Source: Vicinamibacteria bacterium (GTDB lineage Bacteria; Acidobacteriota; Vicinamibacteria; Marinacidobacterales; Marinacidobacteraceae). From it: a stretch of 64,000 nt of DNA. The stretch lies in the NCBI GenBank assembly GCA_963668695.2, contig CAXXLQ010000004.1, forward strand, positions 1,696,001 through 1,760,000. Reading direction: 5' to 3'. The notes beneath the pieces were generated by a model. The model did not search any database. It saw only the letters and a list, made by a program, of their open reading frames with translations, and was not told the DNA's origin. The position numbers and the translations under genes were made by a program. Shown here piece by piece: positions 57,396 through 64,000 of the stretch. How positions within the stretch are numbered: the first letter of the stretch is position 1; the number at the start of each line of letters is the position of its first letter.

Positions 57396-58139
57396 CTACC
57401 GGTAGTCAGGGTTCGGGTAGTCGAAACGGCAGCCGGCATCCCACGCCGAGCGCTGGTTGCCGTGCGCCGGAACGCCGCCCGCGTCCTTCAGCAGGCGCGC
57501 CAGGTGCATGAGGTTCCAGGTCATGAAGGTGGTGTTGCGGTTGGTGAAGTCGTTCTCCGGCCCGCCGGAGCCCGGATCGAGATAGGACGGCCCCGGCCCG
57601 ACGGTGCCGAGCCAGCCCGAGTCCGCCTGGGGCGGGATGACGTAGCCGAGATGCTGCAGCGAATAGAGCATGTTCATGGCGCAGTGCTTGACGCCGTCCT
57701 CGTTGCCCGTCACCAGGCAGCCGCCGACCCGGCCGTAATAGGCGTACTGCCCGTGCTCGTTGAGGATGTGCGAGTTGGCGTAGAGCCGCTCGATGACGTG
57801 GGTGCAGATCGAAGACTTCTCGCCCAGCCAGATCGGCGTGGTGAGCACCAGGAGGTTGGCCGCTTCCACCTTTTCGTAGAGCTGCGGCCAGTCGTCCTTC
57901 GCCGCGCCATGCTCTGTCATGTCGGGATAGACGCCGATCGCGATGTCATGATCGATGGGACGGAGCGCCTCTACGGCGACGCCGTTTTTTTCCATGATGG
58001 CGCGCGCGATGCGGATCAGACCGTCGGTGTGCGACATCTCCGGCGAGCGCTTCAGCGTGCAGTTGAGAAACAGCGCCTTGAGGTCCGAGAAGTCCCATCT
58101 GCTTTCGCTGCACCAGCGCTCCTGCAGTTCGTTGAGCAT
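57396..58139 (-). CDS. Flavodoxin / NADPH-dependent FMN reductase family protein
   Basis: NCTLKRSPEMSHTDGL, TPIWLG, TGNEDG. Confidence 0.88.
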   Translation of the reverse strand: MLNELQERWCSESRWDFSDLKALFLNCTLKRSPEMSHTDGLIRIARAIMEKNGVAVEALRPIDHDIAIGVYPDMTEHGAAKDDWPQLYEKVEAANLLVLTTPIWLGEKSSICTHVIERLYANSHILNEHGQYAYYGRVGGCLVTGNEDGVKHCAMNMLYSLQHLGYVIPPQADSGWLGTVGPGPSYLDPGSGGPENDFTNRNTTFMTWNLMHLARLLKDAGGVPAHGNQRSAWDAGCRFDYPNPDYR

Positions 58140-58244
58140 GATCTCTCCCTATCGGTTTTCCTGATGAGCCAAGCGGGGGCCGAGGTTACCCGGATCGGCT
58201 CGGTCCGGATGCGAAGCCGGCCTGGGTCGGCATCCCGCTGGCTG

Positions 58245-59009
58245 CTAGGCGCCCCAGATCGTCTGGCCGGCGTCGATGAACAGGGTGGCGCCGGTCACGA
58301 GGCGCGCCTCGTCGTTCGACGCGAGGTACACCACGGACCCCACCAGGTCGTCAGGGGTGCCGATCTCCCCGAGCGGGATGCGGGCGAGGCGGCGCTCACG
58401 GAAGTCGTCCCGTGCGATGTCGGCCCGGTTCATGTCGGTCTCGATCAGACCCGGGGCGATGGCGTTCACCCGGATCCGGTGGGGCGCGAGCTCCAGCGCC
58501 ATCTGCTTGGTGAGCATCTCGACCCCTGCCTTCGACACGCAGTAGTGGGTGAGGTTCGGGGCGGCCACCGCCTGCCCGGCGGACGACACGTTGACGATCG
58601 CACCCGGCGCCCCGTTCTCGACCATGCGGCGCGCTACCGCCTGGCCGACCAGGAAGTAACCCTTGAGGTTGACGTTCAAAATGGCGTCCCACTCCTCCTC
58701 GCTGATCTCGAGGAGGGGCGTGCGCTTCAGGATCCCGGCGTTGTTCACCAGGATGTCGAGGCCGCCCAGGAAGTCGTGCGCTTCGGCGACGAAGCGCTCG
58801 ACGTCCGATCGGGAGTCCGTGGAGCCCTGCACGGCGACCGCCCGTCGCCCCGTCGCCTCGATCTGACGAACGGCGCTCTCGGCATCCTCGCGGCTACTGC
58901 GGTAGCCCACCGCCACGTCCGCACCCTCACGGGCGAGTCCGACGGCGATGCCCCGACCGATGCTCCGTGAACCGCCGGTGACCAGAGCACGTTTGCCTGT
59001 GAGACGCAT
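58245..59009 (-). CDS. SDR oxidoreductase (FabG/glucose dehydrogenase-like)
   Basis: TGGSRSIG, NNAG, YCVSK, APGLIETDMN. Confidence 0.92.
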   Translation of the reverse strand: MRLTGKRALVTGGSRSIGRGIAVGLAREGADVAVGYRSSREDAESAVRQIEATGRRAVAVQGSTDSRSDVERFVAEAHDFLGGLDILVNNAGILKRTPLLEISEEEWDAILNVNLKGYFLVGQAVARRMVENGAPGAIVNVSSAGQAVAAPNLTHYCVSKAGVEMLTKQMALELAPHRIRVNAIAPGLIETDMNRADIARDDFRERRLARIPLGEIGTPDDLVGSVVYLASNDEARLVTGATLFIDAGQTIWGA

Positions 59010-59075
59010 GGGGAATCGGGGTCCGAGCCGAAAAAGACCGGACCGGTAAAGTAAGTGCAGGGGCAGATATTTGCA

Positions 59076-60716
59076 ATGCGGCGCTCGGCTCGAGTCGTAA
59101 TCGCCTTGGCATTCCTCGGTGGCCTGACGGCTTCCGTCGAGCCGGCGGAGGCCCAAGAGGAGGCGGCCGCCCCGTCCTTTCCTTCTGACGACCCGGTGAT
59201 CCGGGCGATCTGGGAGGAGGGCGTCGAGCGCTCACGGGTCATGGAGCTCGGCCGGGTGATGATGGACGCGATCGGGCCGCGGCTGACCGGCTCGCCCGCC
59301 ATGGCCCGCGCCAACGACTGGGCGGTGGAGAAATACAAGGAGTGGGGCATCGAGGCGAGGAAGGAGCAGTACGGCACCTGGCGGGGGTGGGAGCGCGGGA
59401 TCAGCCACATCGATCTCGTCGCACCGCGGGTGCGGTCGCTGGAGGGCATGGCGGCCGCCTGGAGCCCGGCCACCGACGGGCCCGTCGAGGCGGGCGTGGT
59501 GATCCTGGCGGACGCGGACAGCCCCGAAGCGTTCGAAGCGTGGCTGCCGGAGGTCGTCGGCAAGTTCGTCCTGATCTCGCGGCCGGAGTCGAGCTGCCGC
59601 CCGCGGGACAACCTGGAATGGTTCGCCCGGCCCGAGACGCTGGCCCGCATGACCGAGGAGCGCGAGCGCGCGGTCGAGGCGTGGAGCAAACGCGAGGAGA
59701 GCGCGGGTATCGAGCGGCGTGAGCTGCCGGCAGCGCTGGACGTTGCCGGGGCCGCCGGGATCATCCGGTCGCAGTGGTCGGAAGGGTGGGGCGTGAACAA
59801 GATCTTCGGCACCGGAACGGAGCGGACGCCGCTGTTGGACCTGAGCTGTGAGGCTTACGGCCTCGTCTACCGGCTGGCCGAGAACGGTCAGGAGCCGGTG
59901 CTGCGCGTCGACGCCCAGGCCCGCTTCCTCGGGGAGGTGCCGGTCTTCAACGCCATCGCCGAGATCCCGGGCGCAGCCGAACCACCAGGCGCAGCCGAAC
60001 TTGAGTATGTGATCCTCGGCGGCCACTACGACTCCTGGGACGGCTCGTCCGGCGCGCTGGACAACGGCACGGGCGCGGTCGCCATCATGGAAGCGATGCG
60101 CATCCTGAAGAAGGCGGTCCCGAACCCCCGCCGCACCATCATCGGCGCCCTCTGGAACGGCGAGGAGCAGGGTCTGAACGGGTCCCGCGCCTTCGTGGAG
60201 GACCACCCCGAAATCCTCGAGAACACCCACACGGTGTTCAACGTGGATCACGGGGCCGGGCCGGTCACCTTCATCCCGATGCAGGGATTCGCTGCGGCCG
60301 GCGGGCGCTTCGGTGAGTGGCTGGCGAAGATCCCGAGCGAGCTGTCGGATCTGGTCACTCTTGAGATTCCCGGGATGCCCGAAGCCGGCGGGACGGACCA
60401 CGCGTCCTTCCTGTGCGCGGGGGTGCCGGCCTTCAGCTTCCACGTGGGAGCCGGCCGGAGCGGCGACATCTCCATGGGCGACAACCGCTGGGACACGACC
60501 GTCTACACCTGGCACACCAACCGGGACAGCTTCGACAAGATCATCTTCGAGGACCTCAGAGACGACGCGGTGATGACCGCGATGCTCGTCTATCTGGCGT
60601 CCGAGGATCCGGAGCCGATGCCGCGCGACCGGCGGGCGATGCCGGAGGACGAGGATGGCGAGGAATGGCCGGAGTGCCGCCCGCCGGCGCGGAGCACCGG
60701 AGAACCCAACCCGTAA
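59076..60716 (+). CDS. M28 family secreted peptidase
   Basis: IGPRLTGS, GGHYDSW, GALDNGTG, GEEQGL, TDHASF, WHTNRD. Confidence 0.92.
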   Translation: MRRSARVVIALAFLGGLTASVEPAEAQEEAAAPSFPSDDPVIRAIWEEGVERSRVMELGRVMMDAIGPRLTGSPAMARANDWAVEKYKEWGIEARKEQYGTWRGWERGISHIDLVAPRVRSLEGMAAAWSPATDGPVEAGVVILADADSPEAFEAWLPEVVGKFVLISRPESSCRPRDNLEWFARPETLARMTEERERAVEAWSKREESAGIERRELPAALDVAGAAGIIRSQWSEGWGVNKIFGTGTERTPLLDLSCEAYGLVYRLAENGQEPVLRVDAQARFLGEVPVFNAIAEIPGAAEPPGAAELEYVILGGHYDSWDGSSGALDNGTGAVAIMEAMRILKKAVPNPRRTIIGALWNGEEQGLNGSRAFVEDHPEILENTHTVFNVDHGAGPVTFIPMQGFAAAGGRFGEWLAKIPSELSDLVTLEIPGMPEAGGTDHASFLCAGVPAFSFHVGAGRSGDISMGDNRWDTTVYTWHTNRDSFDKIIFEDLRDDAVMTAMLVYLASEDPEPMPRDRRAMPEDEDGEEWPECRPPARSTGEPNP

Positions 60717-60725
60717 GGAGCTGTA

Positions 60726-62336
60726 ATGAGAGCCCTGCTTGTCCTCATCTTCGCCGGCGCGTGGGCGGGCTCGCCCGCGCTCGCCGCCCAAGTCCCCTCC
60801 GGACCGCTTGAGATCCAGGAGCACGTGCTCGACAACGGCTTTCGGGTCCTGCTCGTCGAAGACCACCGGATGCCCCGGGTGGCCGCCAATCTGTGGGTCC
60901 GGGTCGGCTCCATGGCGGAGCCGGTGGGGCTCCACGGCGTCACGCACTTCCTCGAGCACGTCATCCACCAGGGGACCACCACCGTCGGCACCAGCGATCT
61001 GGCCGCCGAGCTGCCCATCCTCCAGGCGATCCACGATACGGAGCAGGAACTCATCGCGGTGAGGAACCGCGAGCGCAACCGGCTCCGGGAGCGGGCCGTC
61101 TTCTACGACGAGCTCGGTTGGCCGGTCACGCCCGAGATACAGGCGCTCCGGGACCGGCTCTACGAACTCGAGGATCTGGACAACGAGTACCGGGACTTCT
61201 GGACTTCCTACAAGTGGTACATGCAGCACGGCGGATACGTGCGCCACACGGATCCGGTGCCGGCGAGCACCGAGCAGGACTACATGGAGATGAACATGGC
61301 GCTCCCGAAGGAGCACCTGGAACTCTTCTTCCGGCTGGAGGCAGACCGCTTGGTCAACGCGATCCTGAGGGGTTGGGAGGCGCAGCGCTTCACCGTCCTG
61401 GAGCAGATCCTCGGGGGAAAGAGTCGGCCGCAGACCCGCTTCAACGAGGCGATCGACGGCGTCACCGCCCAGGTCCACCCGGTCTACGTCCCCGACGGCG
61501 GGCACGTCCGCGACTTCGGGAACTTCACGCGGGCCGCGATGCGGCGCATCTACGACGACTACTTCGTGCCCAACAACGCGGCGTTGGTGCTGGTCGGCGA
61601 CACCACTCTCCAGGAAGTCGTGCCACTAGCTGAGCGCTACTTCGGGGTGCTGCCCCGCGGGCCCGAACCCCCGCTCGATCTCGATGTCGAGGCCGAGCCC
61701 GTGCCTGGCGGATCGATCCGGCTGGACTGGACGGAGCCGCTCTCGCCGCAGGTCCACCTGCGCTACCGCATCCCCGGGATGGGACACCCCGACCGGCCGG
61801 TGTTCGACCTGATCGCCGCCCTCCTGAGCGGGCCGCACGGCATGGCCGGCCAGGCGCTGGCGGCGAGCGGCGCATCGGCCTCGGTCTCCGCCGACTTCCG
61901 GGTGATCCACACCTACCGCTTCGGGTCGCCCGGGGCGTTCAACCTGGTGGCGCACGCGGAGACGGACGATGACCTGGCGGCCGTCGAGCGGGGGCTGTTG
62001 GCAGCCGTCGCCGATCTCCGCGAGGGGCGGATCGACTCCGCGGCGCTTGAGCGGGCGCATAAGCGGCTCCGCGTCGAGTGGGCGGAGTTCCTCGACAACC
62101 CCCAGGAACTCGCTTTCCTGGTCGGCCACCATCACACGATGAACCACTGGAGCGTGCTGCCCGACCTCATCGAGGCGCGGGACGCGGCAACGGCGGCCGA
62201 CGTACAGCGGGTCGCAGCGAGGTACTTCGTGCCCTCTAACCGGGTGATTGCCGTGGCTCGGGCCGAGCCCCCCGAGGGGAGCGGACCAAGCTGGCTCGAT
62301 TTCGTGTGGTCGGAGCTGCGGGGAGATGGGCGATGA
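60726..62336 (+). CDS. M16 family peptidase, HxxEH-bearing subunit
   Basis: LDNGFRV, HFLEH, YFVPNNA; signal peptide; AAGGAG SD. Confidence 0.9.
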   Translation: MRALLVLIFAGAWAGSPALAAQVPSGPLEIQEHVLDNGFRVLLVEDHRMPRVAANLWVRVGSMAEPVGLHGVTHFLEHVIHQGTTTVGTSDLAAELPILQAIHDTEQELIAVRNRERNRLRERAVFYDELGWPVTPEIQALRDRLYELEDLDNEYRDFWTSYKWYMQHGGYVRHTDPVPASTEQDYMEMNMALPKEHLELFFRLEADRLVNAILRGWEAQRFTVLEQILGGKSRPQTRFNEAIDGVTAQVHPVYVPDGGHVRDFGNFTRAAMRRIYDDYFVPNNAALVLVGDTTLQEVVPLAERYFGVLPRGPEPPLDLDVEAEPVPGGSIRLDWTEPLSPQVHLRYRIPGMGHPDRPVFDLIAALLSGPHGMAGQALAASGASASVSADFRVIHTYRFGSPGAFNLVAHAETDDDLAAVERGLLAAVADLREGRIDSAALERAHKRLRVEWAEFLDNPQELAFLVGHHHTMNHWSVLPDLIEARDAATAADVQRVAARYFVPSNRVIAVARAEPPEGSGPSWLDFVWSELRGDGR

Positions 62337-63991
62337 GGGTCCGCATGGCGCGCTGGCACGGGACCGCAGGCCGTCCGAATGGGGTCGGCTACAAGGGAGC
62401 GCCGGTCTTCAGACCGGCATCGCGCGGGAGCGCGAAACCAGCCCGGATGGTGCGACGGTCCGCCAGCGTGAGTGCTGCGCCCTCTCCCGACCCCGGATGG
62501 CGGGCACGTCACCTTGTCCAAAGGCTGATAAGGAAACCCGTTGCCCGAGTGGTCTTGGCCTCCGCCGCGCTCGCCTTCGCCGGATGCGGTGCCGAAGACA
62601 CCCTCCCCGGCCGCTCGCGGCCGATCTTCGAACACGACTGGCCGGACCCGGGCGAGCTCGCGTCCGGGCCTACCGCGTTCACCCCGCCCGATCCGGGTCA
62701 GGCCCTCTTCGAGGCGTCGAGCGGCGTCCGGGCCTACATCGTGCCCGCAGCCTCGGACCCGCTGGTGCGCATCACGGCCGCCTTGCCTCTGGGCCGGCTG
62801 CACGAGGCCGAAGGCGAGGCCGGCGCGGCTGCCCTCCTGACCCACCTGTTGACGACGCGAGGCTCCGTGGGCGCGCGCGGTCCGCTCTCGCTGCGCCTCG
62901 CCGAACTGGGCACGTCGCTGAGCGTCGTGGAGACTCTCGACGCCGCCCACGTCTCCCTGGGCGTCCTTCCGGAGGACTGGCGCGAGGGACTCGAGTTGCT
63001 CGTGGAGCTCATCCGCAATCCCGACCTGGACGCCGCTGCGGTGCGCGCGTACCGGGCGGGCCCCGGCTACAGCATGCCGATGGCCGGCATCGACGGGGAC
63101 GGTTATCGCCCCAAGGTCGAGCTTGAGCGCCGGTTGCACGGATATCCGCTGGCGCCGCCGGACCGGGGGACGACGGTCTCGTTGGCCGCGGTGACCGCGC
63201 TGGCCGGGAGAAGCCTGGCAGCCGACCGCGTGGTCTTCGGGATTGGGGGCGCCGTTTCCCGGGACGAGGTGGAACAGGTTGTCGAGTCGGCGACCCGCGG
63301 CTGGGCGCCCGGCGGCGAGCAGACACCGGTAACCGACGTGACCCCGCCTGGGGAAAGTTCGGGCCGCTTCCACGCCGTCGACGTCCCGAGCCTGGAGGGT
63401 TGGATCGCCATCGGCCGGGCGGTCGGCGCAGTTCCCGAATCGGATGGGGCCGCACTCGCCGTTCTTCGCTTCATCCTCGCCGAGCGCCTCAACATCGCCG
63501 CGCGCGAGATGCGAGGCTTGGCCAACCGGGACGACTTCGAGATCCCGGTGACGGCGTCGGGAGCGGGTCTTCTCCTCGTGCGCACGGGCGGGCGCCCGGA
63601 GGCGGTGGCGCCCCTCGTCCGCTACAGCCTGGACGAGTTGGAGCGCATCCACGATCCGGACGAGCCGGTGACCGAAGCCGAGGTCACCCGCGCCCAGGGC
63701 TGGCTGCTCGGGGCGGTATGGCAGCGGTCGCTCGAACTCGCGACCAGTGCGAGCGAGACCTTCGCCGTCGAGCATGTGCGTCGCGGCGGCACGGACCGCC
63801 TGATGGGATGGCCCGAGGCCGTGCTGGCCGTCACGGCCGGGGACGTCAAAAGGGTCGCGCAGGAGTACCTGGATCCGGCAGCCTTCGTGACCGTGGTGGC
63901 GGGACCAATGGAACGGATCCGGGCCGCGCGCCACCCGCGGTGGCCGGTCGCGCTGGACGAACTGGAGGCGGAGCTGTCCGGCGCGAGGTAG
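62333..63991 (+). CDS. M16 family non-catalytic partner lipoprotein with in-frame repeat insertion near the N-terminus
   Basis: ATGA-coupled; FAGC lipobox; no HxxEH; VTAGDVKRVAQEYL. Confidence 0.82.
   Translation: MRVRMARWHGTAGRPNGVGYKGAPVFRPASRGSAKPARMVRRSASVSAAPSPDPGWRARHLVQRLIRKPVARVVLASAALAFAGCGAEDTLPGRSRPIFEHDWPDPGELASGPTAFTPPDPGQALFEASSGVRAYIVPAASDPLVRITAALPLGRLHEAEGEAGAAALLTHLLTTRGSVGARGPLSLRLAELGTSLSVVETLDAAHVSLGVLPEDWREGLELLVELIRNPDLDAAAVRAYRAGPGYSMPMAGIDGDGYRPKVELERRLHGYPLAPPDRGTTVSLAAVTALAGRSLAADRVVFGIGGAVSRDEVEQVVESATRGWAPGGEQTPVTDVTPPGESSGRFHAVDVPSLEGWIAIGRAVGAVPESDGAALAVLRFILAERLNIAAREMRGLANRDDFEIPVTASGAGLLLVRTGGRPEAVAPLVRYSLDELERIHDPDEPVTEAEVTRAQGWLLGAVWQRSLELATSASETFAVEHVRRGGTDRLMGWPEAVLAVTAGDVKRVAQEYLDPAAFVTVVAGPMERIRAARHPRWPVALDELEAELSGAR
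62339..62533 (+). repeat. REP-like element inside a coding frame
   Basis: GGGAGCGCCGGTCTTCAGACCGGCATCGCGCGGGAGCGCGAAACCAGC is nearly identical to the reverse complement of ~54525-54570. Confidence 0.8.
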
Positions 63992-64000
63992 TCCGCGCCC

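Noticed and set aside
54253-57405. 1050-aa plus-strand ORF and other long antisense ORFs (e.g. 46931-48892, 59232-61505)
   Set aside because: Antisense shadows of well-supported genes in high-GC DNA.
59969-60000. 18-bp duplication in the M28 gene (PGAAEP/PGAAEL) and a similar one at the dctQ end (~52852-52888)
   Set aside because: Ordinary in-frame slippage in loops or tails.

Overview
High-GC bacterial DNA. A GWxTD protein, a VPS10/BNR-repeat protein, several Tat substrates and many secreted peptidases and lipoproteins suggest Acidobacteriota, possibly host- or sponge-associated (inference only). No rRNA, tRNA, CRISPR, integrase or transposase is visible. 1-29 kb and 51.5-64 kb are mostly metabolic and envelope genes: circularly permuted ATP-grasp, aminotransferase, ccmCD, decarboxylase, patatin, M14/M16/M28 peptidases, a TRAP transporter and a multi-Fe-S/ThDP fusion enzyme. 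29.3-51.5 kb is an accessory region. It holds a lower-GC DUF6978-like/DUF1828/HEPN-like island, toxin-antitoxin genes, an AAA-DUF4143 ATPase, mosaic zincin lipoprotein paralogues, and diverged remnants of dctM, a serine hydrolase and the ATPase. The most unusual signals are non-coding. (i) A ~19-bp module, GGC-CAGTTCTCCCGGTGGG-GGC, occurs 10 times and is polymorphically inserted at GGC sites in two unrelated repeat families. (ii) YTAR-flanked MITEs occur three times, one carrying 71-bp and 90-bp tandem arrays. (iii) REP-like palindromes are read in frame inside proteins. (iv) Four different AT-rich inverted repeats are stacked in one 260-bp intergenic region. Many genes carry single-base frameshifts, which may be long-read errors. 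All family calls come from motif recognition, not database searches.
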